A stretch of 62,047 bases of DNA, the filler included, from Squatina squatina (Eukaryota): NCBI GenBank assembly GCA_031763465.1. It is 4 parts of 4 records of this genome, joined end to end, with 100 filler letters (N's around TTAATTAATTAA, not from the genome) between each part and the next. Parts side by side here need not be neighbours in the genome. Positions count along the whole stretch, not along the records: positions 1 to 14,239 come from JARFOE010000080.1; positions 14,340 to 29,909 come from JARFOE010000192.1; 2 more parts are not named here. One strand, written 5' to 3'. This document shows positions 12,698-23,824 of this stretch, piece after piece (within the stretch, counting starts at the first letter, position 1; every line of letters begins with the position of its first letter). Both the position numbers and the translations under genes were made by a program. The notes under the pieces are model-generated. The model worked only from the letters and a program-made list of their open reading frames with translations. It searched no databases and was not told the DNA's origin.

Positions 12698-14283
12698 GCG
12701 CAATGCTGCAAAACTTACACATTATTAAGACAGCGCACCAGGGCTTTCAATATAATTTGCTTGCAAAGAGCAGATGGATTAAAAAACTAATGCTTTCAGT
12801 GAAAGAGAAAAGTACACACATTACAGTTAAATCAAGAGATGATTCACATGAAGCAATATGCACAATTTTAGAAGAATTTCTCAATGGGAGCTTATTCAAG
12901 TTGTAATGTGTTTAGCTTGCCTTAAATGCACCAAACTAACTGTTCTAGAGTTAAATAATCCATATTATTCAATATTTTTAGGTTAGCTGCAAAGCAGCCT
13001 TTCAATTTTTTAGCATCACACACTTGATCCGCGAGATTCAACAATGCTATGTCACTACTACATAACCCATTCTCNNNNNNNNNNNNNNNNNNNNNNNNNN
13101 NNNNNNNNNNNNNNNNNNNNNNNNNNNNNNNNNNNNNNNNNNNNNNNNNNNNNNNNNNNNNNNNNNNNNNNNNNTCCTGGGACAATTCCAGATTCACAAT
13201 GTTCTAGGACAATCCCATGGAGTCAGAACACCCTGGAGAAACTCCATGATGTCACAATGTCCTGGGGCAATTTCCATGACCATGTGATTGTGAAGCATGA
13301 AAGGCCCTGTTCGACCTTTTGATATTCTCCCCTACTTGACATTGCCAAACTTGAGTCTTCATTTTTTTCAAGAAAGCGGAGACAAGTCGTCCAAATTCAA
13401 CATGGAATTCATTTTTTAAAAGTGATCAATTCATGGTGATCTTCATTTTGCTGCTTGCAAATTGCAGAACATAAACTCAATAATTTCAGTGCGACTGAAT
13501 ATATGCCAGAGCTGGTATCATGACACATTGTGATACACTGTAGCTTTAATGCAATGTGACAGCATCGGCAAATTAAACTTTTCCATATTATTTCTATGAT
13601 TTAATTTCACCTGAATCAGTGGAACCTGTTGTCACATTGCAAAACTCAATATGAATCTTTTTTTATAATGCTTGCACATAGGGCAGGGAAATTCCCAGTT
13701 TTACTTGCCTGAATCATACTTCACTTGCCCTGGTTTAATGGGCTCCAGGACTGAAGTACCGTCTTAATGACTAAAAGACCATTAAAGAGAGTCCTGACAG
13801 CTGCTGGCAATAGCATCTGAAATGTCAAGAGTAACAAGTTAATTAAATTAATTTGTCCAAAAGTCCTGTTGAAATATTATGGATCTCCTTAAACATTACT
13901 ATACACATTTAAAAGGCCAGCTTTCTACGAGTGAAGGTAGTATATTATCTTGAATTTTAAAAAGGCGCTATTAAGAAACCTTTGCACATTTAATCAACTT
14001 GTTTCAATTGGCATTTTAGATCACACTTGCAGTATCTTCCACAGCCTACTTAATGAGATTTATTGCTCTTTCCTTTCAGCACTGAGTGTGTTGCCTGTCT
14101 TTCGTTTTCCAGTCTGATTTTAAACACTTGACTGCTTCCTTCCCTCCACAAGCGTCCTAATTCATGCTGGGTTATCATTTTGGAACGTTGTTATATTGAT
14201 CTAAGTGCTGATTCATGCCTCAGTACTGGCAGGCTTTGTNNNNNNNNNNNNNNNNNNNNNNNNNNNNNNNNNNNNNNNNNNNN

Positions 14284-14295
14284 TTAATTAATTAA
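14284..14295. other. Artificial scaffold linker TTAATTAATTAA inside an N gap
   Basis: N44-TTAATTAATTAA-N44; same structure at 29954 and 45719; stop codons in all six frames. Confidence 0.9.
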
Positions 14296-17200
14296 NNNNN
14301 NNNNNNNNNNNNNNNNNNNNNNNNNNNNNNNNNNNNNNNAACAGCTTTAAAATAAAAGAATGCTCAACATAATTCATTTTAGATTCAATTTAACATGCTG
14401 ATGTAGAGGAAATAAGCAACAAGGGATGACGGCTAGTAAAGGGTGACATTCTGGTTCTTTCTGGAACCTTCAGTAAAAGAAAAAGGTGATTACAATCACT
14501 GGGGTGTAATCGTCCATAGGACTAGAAAAATGTGCTGAAAGCCAATGTGATTAAGGGAGGCTGCTTGTGAATACTAATGGAACAGACAAAAAATAGGAAC
14601 ATATGTATCTTATTAGTCCCTTGCAAATTTCCTGCATACAATGGCGCAGCGGCATCAGTAATAAAACAAATGATATCTCTTTGAATTTACATGTGTACAG
14701 TATTTCAAATATAATTCAATTCTAGCCATGACAGGGAGAGAAATCTAATCAGTAATTTTAAGTGTGCAAATGTCCATGCAGAGATGTTTCTGTTCTGTTT
14801 AGAAATAGATCACAGAGGAAAAGCTGCAATGTGCTCTATCTAGTCACTCTGTTTCATCAAATTCAAAGAACAACATGGTTCAAATTCCCTGCTACATAAG
14901 AAAGGTCAGAAGAATGAAACTATGAAGGTTTTCCATGATTAAAATTTGAAAGCATTCTTTGTATCTGAGAAATATCACCATAGCAACAACAATATCATGA
15001 ACACAAAATGTACTGTTTTAAAAAAAATCATTTTCCTTCAACTACTATAATTGCCTATTTCTATGGTCCATTGGCTGTTAACCTTGAAGTGACTAGGGTA
15101 AAGCAAGCAAGACCCGCTCTGTCAGAACACTCTCCAGGCTGACCTCTTGTGGTGCTGGGGAGGATGCTACCATGACAACCACGACAGATGTCAGCTAACC
15201 AATGTATAGTTGAGAAAGGCTCCTGTATTGTGAAAATCGATCTTGTAATGGTAATATGGAGTGCATTCACCACACTGCCATGTGTTCTGCCCTCAAACAT
15301 TTATTTTATCTAGCAGTAAGAGGAAAGCATAAAAGAAATGAAATGAATTTGACCTTTTTTCAAAATGCCATTCTTGCTATATTGCGTCAAAGTAGTATCT
15401 GATATGAATAAAGGAGGGGAAAAATTCATTTCTAATAACATTTTTACACATTGGCTCTTGTAATGTCAATCTTTTGTGACTAAATTCTAGAAAGTCAGAG
15501 CAATAACAGTAGGTTATTGTTCTGTTGCCTGNNNNNNNNNNNNNNNNNNNNNNNNNNNNNNNNNNNNNNNNNNNNNNNNNNNNNNNNNNNNNNNNNNNNN
15601 NNNNNNNNNNNNNNNNNNNNNNNNNNNNNNNGGTTATTGTTCTGTTGCCTGTAGTTGCTCTGAGGTCACCTCAAAATACACATAATTTTAGATGTGATAG
15701 GCTGCTGTCATTTGTACAGCAGGATATTTAATCACATATCCCCACAGGTAAAACTGACAGGAGCCATTCCTTCAACTTAAATCAATAAGAACCCTTTTCC
15801 AAGTCCATAAAATACTGTGTTAAACCTTTGAAGTGACCACACTTGGCTGCACATTGAACACAGTGTAAATGTATCCTGAGATATGTAGCATGAGAACACT
15901 GGCAAAGTGGCATCAAAGGAAACAATTGCTTAGGCACCTCCTTAGAACAATGGGAGAATGTGTCTGCCCCCTTTTGTCCCTGCAACTTTGTGGCAAACAC
16001 CAGTGTGTGAGTAAGCTATAAACAAGCACACTAATTGGAAGTTCAGAACAGCTGCAGATGTAGGTTTTCTTGTCGCACAGGATCACCAGGCTTTGACAAG
16101 TATGAGAGGATCTGGATTAGCTTCCAGTCAAACAGTCCTCATGCCACATGTCCTTGTTCAACTCACATTAGTATATACGCTCATACAAATGTGATGATGA
16201 GGAGGTGGAGTTGAAAGTGAGAATAGGTTGCATTGCAGCTGGATCTGAGCTTTACTGATGTGGGACTATAACCTAAATGGAAAAGATGAATTGCAGTACT
16301 TCATAGTTTAGAATCATCAAAACAGTTGTGCACAGCTTTTTTTTCCTTTTTCAGTATTTACACAGATGTAAATAATGTGTTTTACAAATGTATATTTAAA
16401 GGAGACAAACTTTTCCAATTCTGAATAGAAAAATTGAAGCTTTTTAACTGATATTACTTGAAAATAAAATAAATTCAAGCAGTGCAGCCCTTTTTTAACA
16501 GAGCATTATTTGCCACATCAAAATATAATTAAAAGAGGAGTTTCACTGTAGTAAAAGCCACCAAAATAAAAGTAATTGTGCTAGGACTTGAAATGATAAA
16601 ATAAGTTCTATTATAGCAGGATTTCACTGTACTGCAATGAAAGCTGTAGTTGGGAAATACTATGCCTGAAATATCACCTTTAGGATCCTTAGCCAAATAA
16701 AAACCACAAGAATGGTCTTAGCAATGAATATTTTAAAATATGCATAAGAAAAATTATATCTTATCCAAACTTATTAAGGTATTAACATTTCCACATTATG
16801 AAAAATTATTTAATTCAGTTTTATTTGCTTTCAGCTGAAACACTTAAGATACAATGCTTGCCTCATATGGAATCTTAATTTCCTTTTATTAATTGTAGCC
16901 ACAAGATTAAGCATTTAATCAAATATTAGTGCAGATCCATTTTTAAATGCAGCAAATATAGATGATTATGAATACATATTTCAAATCAGAATTGCACTTA
17001 AAAGTACATATTGTGAAGCGGAAACCACTTTGCGTCAATACAAATTGTGCGGTGTGGGTATAGCAGGCCTATTACATTGCGTAACCTCACAGAGTCTTGT
17101 CAAATGAAGGTTCATTTCACTAATGTTGCATAATTACCTGAAATTGGTGTTCTGCAAATTGATATACACTAAAAGGCTAGAAACACTGGAAACAAAGAAA

Positions 17201-17859
17201 CAAGTAACAGAAAAGCAATAATGATTAGAACTGTAATAAAAAAAGCAGTTTTTTTGTATCCTCTGGCACTTACTCCAACTGTTGCTAAAAGAGAAAGAGC
17301 CTTGCCTTGCACATTTCATTCACTTTGACCCTATGTGAGCTAAACTGATTTAATCTGGAACCAGAGCAATAGTATCAAAATTATTTGAATAAATTAAATC
17401 CCACCATTTGATAGATCAAATTCAGGTAGATTTTCCACCTATGGTTTTCAGAGCTCTAATATCCGTATTTTTTGAATGTATTAATGCCAACATTCTGCCA
17501 CATACAATCCCATGAGTTTTACTCTGCAAGCAATAATTCAGTTTAATTCAGCTTCATAAATGTTACAGCTACAATGCGGTCAAAGGGAAATCACAGCAGT
17601 GTGAGCCCAGCTCATGGAGGTTCTCACGCTACTGGAGTTAATGGCAGAAATCTGGCAAATTCTGACTGTTCTCTGATAGTGCCAGTTTTGCATTTAACTG
17701 GTAAGTGTATGATCTGATGATACTAATTCAGCTGCAGAAAGCAGAATTTAGAGGTTCTTGAATCTCAGATGCACCTAAGAAAAGCTTGCTTCACGAATTG
17801 GCCTTTATCCCAACTTTTTAAAGAGCAAAGCAAAGATTGGAGTTCTCTCATAGAAACTA

Positions 17860-18086
17860 AGATAATCATGAACAAACTTTTTAAAAATAAATTGATTATT
17901 TTAAAGTTTCTTAAAAATTGTAATTTTTCTCATAATGGAGAAACTTGACACTCCACAAAATTACAATCAGTTTTTCAGGGCCATAACATTTGTTTAGCAG
18001 TAAATACACTGTTAAAACCCAAGTGACACCCAAACCAACAAGGTCTAACACTTAATGGGGTATTTAATAGAAATATTACAGCAAAG
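17860..18086 (+). repeat. Interspersed repeat, copy 1 (unclassified)
   Basis: Colinear similarity with 48772-48990 (atcatgaacaaact...ccaacaagg..taaca.ttaatggggtatttaa). Confidence 0.65.
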
Positions 18087-18190
18087 NNNNNNNNNNNNNN
18101 NNNNNNNNNNNNNNNNNNNNNNNNNNNNNNNNNNNNNNNNNNNNNNNNNNNNNNNNNNNNNNNNNNNNNNNNNNNNNNNNNNNNNNNNNN

Positions 18191-18800
18191 NGACTGCACC
18201 CATGTCACTTTGAGGGCACCACAGCATAACCCAGAGATCCTGCGAAACCACAAAGTCTTTCACTCCCTGAATGTGCAGTTGGTGTGTGACCACACACAGT
18301 GAATCCTCACCGTGAATACCCACTATCCTGGCAGCAGCCACGATGCCTTCATCCTGCCCCAGACCCGTGTGCCAGCTCTCTTACAGTCACCAAGTGAAGC
18401 TCGGCTGGCTGCTCGGAGACAAGGGCTTCCGCTATGTGCCTGGCTCATGATTCCTCTCCGCAACCCCAATACTCCTGCCCAGCACTCCTACAACGAGAGC
18501 CAGGCCGCCACCAGGAACATCACTGAGTGGACCATCGGACTGCTCAAGCAACGGTTCCGGTGTCTGGACCATTCAGGAGGAGTCCTGCAGTACTCGGCTG
18601 AGTGGTGTCCCTATTCATTGTCGTCTGCTGCATGCTGCACAACCTCACCATCATGAGGGCACAGCCTTTGCCAGCAGGAGGAGGATGAGGAGGAGGCACA
18701 GCAGGAGGAGGAACAGCAGCCACGAAGAGGGAGACAGCGAATCCGGAGGGATCCTGCAAGGGAGGCCTGTGACAATCTTATCAAAGCTCAGTTGCACTGA
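18191..18800 (+). mobile_element. PIF/Harbinger (HARBI1-like) DDE transposase pseudogene
   Basis: [10 protein letters not shown]...[11 protein letters not shown]...YPGSSHDAFIL...LLGDKG...YNESQAATRNITEWTIGLLKQRFRCLD...CCMLHNL, with a stop and frameshifts. Confidence 0.9.
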
Positions 18801-18899
18801 TTTCCATCCCACTTCCTGGTCATGGTGAACATCCCCTTCACCACATCCGTTTGCCTTTCCATTCCAATTCCCCAGCACTGAAATTGCACGCAAGAGCAC

Positions 18900-19601
18900 A
18901 GATGAAACAGTTAAATCAATATTTATCATAAATTCAGCAAAACTATAAAACAGTGCATTTAAACATCACCCTTGTGCATTTCCTTATAGCCTCTTTTTCA
19001 TGTGCATATCCTAATACTTCTGCGAAGTGACTGCCCCATGGCTGCAGTATGGTTGGTGAAAGGCTGCTGTGTGTCAGGCCCAGAGACTACAGATGGCCTT
19101 CAAGGACGCCCTCAACCAGCTCTGGGCCTGGAAGGCCCAGCTGCAGACTGCACCACCTCAGGCTGGGCAGCGGCAGTCTGGGCTGGCTGGGTGACAGGCA
19201 TGGGTAAGTGCAATGGCAGAGAGACAATGGTGGGATCAGAAATGCTGTCATCCTGAGAGAGGGCAGCAGGTCCTGTTCCACTGACCCAGTGCCACTCCCC
19301 TGGGGCAGCACCTCAGCATCCCCACCAATCTGCTGGAGCACAGATTGCTGGGCTGCTGCAAAACTGTGTGATACGGGTTGACTGTGGAGGACCCAGTGGC
19401 AATGGCAGCAGTCATGGTTTGCGCGGCATGGAGCTGAGACTTCNNNNNNNNNNNNNNNNNNNNNNNNNNNNNNNNNNNNNNNNNNNNNNNNNNNNNNNNN
19501 NNNNNNNNNNNNNNNNNNNNNNNNNNNNNNNNNNNNNNNNNNNAAGTCCCAGCTCGCCTCAGTTACCGTCCCCAAATGGGGCGATACCAAATTTCAACCC
19601 C
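18900..19601. mobile_element. Probable remainder of the Harbinger element (convergent second gene 3' part and terminal end)
   Basis: GC-rich degenerate sequence following the transposase; after the gap, the terminal ...ccaaatttcaacccc matches the MITE end at 8041-8090. Confidence 0.5.
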
Positions 19602-19999
19602 TTAAAAAGCTGCCTACTAGTGCTTGTGCGCCTAACAAAATGATCACAATTTGACGAGCCCTCCTGAACCAGCACAGTTGGTGGAATCTGGGGCCGTTGT
19701 CAGTGTTGTGGGCGAATTCAATCATAAACCAGCGTAGAAGATTGTGGTAAACACAAATTTAAGGGGCTTTGGGCATAATCCACTTACGTTTAAAATTCAC
19801 CAATCTTTTGCACTGATTTTGCCCGAATTGTGCTGATATTTTTAGCGTAACCGAGCAGAAACTCTACCCCAGTGTCTTTATAAGAGTTTTATTTTGGTTT
19901 CTTTTTCTCCTCAGTCACTTCATGGTACAGGTTACAGAGACGGACTGTGTGCACTCTGGAGTGGTTTGTTCATTTTAAGGAGGTTCTAAGCTATATTAT

Positions 20000-20090
20000 C
20001 TTTGATAAATTAGTAGGTGATCAAGACATATAATAACTTGGATTTTCAGATGGCAGTTGATAAAGTTTCATATACAAGGTTTTTAAGTAT
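20000..20090 (+). mobile_element. Old CR1 RT fragment
   Basis: LDFQMAVDKVSY resembles the RT motif LDFQKAFDKVPH. Confidence 0.5.
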
Positions 20091-22009
20091 ATAGGATAGA
20101 AATGGCAAATTAACTATCTTATTCTGTTCAGACCCCTTTGAATACCATCAATTTCCCTTATACTAATCATGCAATTACATAACTTGGTGTCACTAGCAAA
20201 TCTGGTATTACTGGAATTAACTTTCCTCATATTGTTTCTAAATAGTTCAAACAGCAAGGGACCAAGAATAGACTATGGAACGTCATTAAGGGGAAGCTTT
20301 TCTACTTATTATTCTTTCTGTTGTCTTTCTTTTCACCACCTTCTACTTTCTTTTGCCAAGTGAATGTTCATTGGGGTGAATTGTTATTTAATTCTATGAA
20401 TTTTTAACACTTGTAATGCTAAGTCTGCTACAATTATTTCAAATACCATTGTTTTGTGCAGGCTCTGCTTTCTATAATTCTGCCCATAAAGATATGATAC
20501 AAAAGAATGTTTAAAACAATTACACAGGCTTGATCCGCTGTCACTGTATTTTGACCTGTTCTCATCGAAATCAGCTTCATAGCTGCACATTAAATTTTAA
20601 ATTCTGCTTCTCTTTATTACATTATATTTTAATCCTACTCTGTACTCAACTAAACCCAATTTGCATGACTACACATTAGCCCAAGTGAAAGCTCGTATTC
20701 TGAATGCCGATGCCATTTCTGTTTGCTGACGACCACTTTCCTGAACACAGAGATTTCAGTGGGTTGAGGGAACAAGCACCTGACATTGCTTTGATAACCT
20801 CAGCTGCTCTGATTCACATTATAGTTAGTCGAATCCCCAGATAATATCATATTCAGCTTGGCTGACATGAGAAAGTGACAGGGTCACAGTCTGTAGGATG
20901 AGAACACCTCCCTTTGAAAGAGATGAAACCATATTCAATTTTGAGCCAGCTCCTGCACAGAGGTCACACTAATTAACGAGATCTCTGTATGCACAAGAAA
21001 ACATTAGATTATATATCAGAGGACTGCATGTTTCTTCGGTAAATTGTTCTACTGTTGTCTATAATTAATATTTTGGACATGACAAAATGTCCATTTTGTG
21101 AATATAATGAAAATTAATGCATTGTGCAACTTAATGTCTCGTCGAAGTGATTAAATTTTTTATGAAAAGGAATGACCTATAGTAGTAAAGAACAGCCTGT
21201 GCACTAAAATGAAAGAATAAAACATACTCAGCCGATCCTTCATACAACTATTGGATTATGCGGGACACAATTCTATGAACAGTTTAGCTTAAAGCCAAGA
21301 ATTAACTGAATTAAAGCAACAATTTTCAAAGCACATATTTTCTCATTTCTTCTGGATTTACATTCTGTACAGTTAAAATGCTGAAGCTAAAAATGAGAAT
21401 TATATAAATTAATACATCAAAGATTTCTAGAGCACTTGAATCATGAGAAACCCAGAATTATACAGTTAATTAAACTTAATTGACTATAATTTGGCAGCCT
21501 GTTTCAGCTATTCAATTACTTTACAAAAATCTTCTTTCATAATTTAGACACCATTAGACCCCTTTGAATACTGGAAGGAATTTACAAAATCACAAGAAAG
21601 TTTTAGCTCAAGAAGTTTGGTTCAGCAGATCTTGATCCATACATCCAGTGAGATCCTATCCTAATTTTTAAAAATATATTGTAACTAGCACCATTTTTGT
21701 GGTAGAGCTATTTTAAAGCCCCTAATCAGCTTTCTGTGGCATTGTTCATGGCTAGTTGGATGAAATGGTGGCCCAGAAATTGTCGTAAAACGAGCGCCAA
21801 AGCAGCCAATATGGCAGGCAGTGTGCACACATATATTCCGCACTGAAAGTGCTGCCCTGACATATTGGTTAAGGCAGATAAAGAGACGCCCAGGACCAAT
21901 GCCTGAAACTGGTGTCAGGCTTCCTATTTGCAAATGCAAAGGGTCTAACGCCTGTTTGTGGTCCTTTTTACCAAATTGGGCTGCCCTCAACCACTAACCC
22001 TGAAAATGA

Positions 22010-22140
22010 ATTCCACAGCCTGGTTTTAAATCTCACTTAACAGAGTTTGTATCTATGGCCTTTGGTTCTTGAATGCTCAACTACTGGAAATAATCTGCTT
22101 CTATCTCCTGTACTATCATCCTTCACCTTGAGTACTACAA
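22010..22140 (-). mobile_element. CR1 LINE fragment
   Basis: Minus translation DRSRLFPVVEHSRTKGHRYKL. Confidence 0.7.
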
Positions 22141-22709
22141 ATTCTATGTAGGAGTATGAGTGGAAATAAAATGTTAGACATGCTAGTATTGCACTGCTTT
22201 CTTTACCTTGTACTTCAGTAGTGCAACTATTAGACTGCTCTGCTCCAAAATCACATGCTGCTGTAAACTGCATAAATAAGTACACATTATGAACCCAGCA
22301 CATAACAATGACTGCAATAACATAAATATAAGTCATGTGCTGTGAGGAAGGTTTTCATAAGCCTTCCCATGGCAGTCTATTTTGTTAGACGCTGATTCTA
22401 GATCATTAGAATAATTTAAAAAGTGGCCAAAAAAACAAAATACTTTTTAACCTCTAGTGCGCTAAGAGCAGAACATTGGAAAAAGAGAAAGATCAACACA
22501 ATTGCACCAAAGTAAACTTAATTGACTGAAATATCTGATAACAGACCACATTATGTGGATATATTAGTGTTATCTTTACTTTGTATGGAAGGAATAAACA
22601 GCTGTCCTGNNNNNNNNNNNNNNNNNNNNNNNNNNNNNNNNNNNNNNNNNNNNNNNNNNNNNNNNNNNNNNNNNNNNNNNNNNNNNNNNNNNNNNNNNNN
22701 NNNNNNNNN

Positions 22710-22872
22710 TTTATATGTTTCCATGAGATCCTCTCTCATTGTTCTAAAACTCTAGAGGATACAGGCCCGGTCTACTCAATCTCTCCTCAGATGACAATCC
22801 TGCCATTCCTGGAATCAGTCTGGCGAACCTTGGTTGCACTCCCTCTCTGGCAAGTATATCCTTCTTTCGGTA
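22710..22872 (-). mobile_element. CR1 LINE fragment
   Basis: Minus strand reads KEGYTCQRGSAT-like (degenerate RKDILA.E.VQRRFTRLIPGM.GLS.EERL). Confidence 0.7.
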
Positions 22873-23806
22873 AGGACTTGCATTTATGGTGAAAAGTCAG
22901 GACGATTGAACTGCCCTTTGAGAAACATACGGCTTTGTTANNNNNNNNNNTGGTGGCTTTTTCCTGTTTCGAATAATCACACTAAATGTCGCAACTGCCA
23001 CATGTGTGGCGTGGTTTTACATTTGTACAACTGGAGATGATTTGCAATATTTTTTCAAACCTGTGAAAAAAGCTCAACTCATAACCTAAGCAACAATGGC
23101 AGCCGGATTTTGTGAAACAGATGAGCCAAGAAGCCAAACTCTGGCAATGTATGGACCTCTATATTGTGGGGAAACTCAGAAGGATTGCTCTCCGAATACC
23201 TGCTATAATGACCTTTATAAACAGATGCTGAAGTATTGGATGTGATTCAGTGATTTCACTTATTACTTCAGTTGCTGCGAGCTGGCACAACATTACACAT
23301 GAGCTGGGTTTTTAATTTGAAAAATGACTTTCCTGTGGAAACCAGTAATTTGATTGAAAAAGTGCATATGGAGACATTATTTGACCTGGCTCATCCTATT
23401 GAGAGGCATCTGTTACGTGATTTCTTCTGCAAAAGAGGCTAGTGCAAGTTAAAGCAGCTCTGCCATCAAAACCAGCCTTGCAAGCCAGGAATCCCATTGT
23501 ACAGATGGTGGCCAATTTGAGTTCTTCACTATTTCTTCTGGAACTTTGACATTTGTAAGTTAAGTTTCCAGATAGTTAATTGCTCAAGGTTAATAATAGC
23601 TCAATGATATCCAATAGAAGCATCATTATTCTTTATAAATGGCCATTTATATAGAAAAATTTGCTCTTAACATGCTATTTTTTAACAAATAAAGCCAGCA
23701 TGATTTTTCTAAAATGATATTCTGAATGTAGTTGGCCTACTATTTTTGACTTCTGGCTAGGAAACCCAAGTTTGAATCTCAATCTTGACAAAATTAGTTT
23801 TTAACA

Positions 23807-23824
23807 GAGCCACTAGATGGCGCA
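23807..23824 (+). promoter_or_regulatory. Candidate CTCF binding site
   Basis: gagCCACTAGATGGCGCa matches the CTCF core CCASYAGRKGGCRS with no mismatch. Confidence 0.55.

Noticed and set aside
13175-13290. Short degenerate direct repeats (cacaatgt.ct.gg.caat..ccatg)
   Set aside because: Only two to three imperfect units next to a gap; most likely subterminal repeats of a transposon, not an array
14284-14295. TTAATTAATTAA as a homeodomain site, piggyBac target or CRISPR-like repeat
   Set aside because: Always centred in exactly 44+44 N; assembly linker
18191-18800. Domesticated HARBI1 gene
   Set aside because: In-frame stop and frameshifts; transposon context
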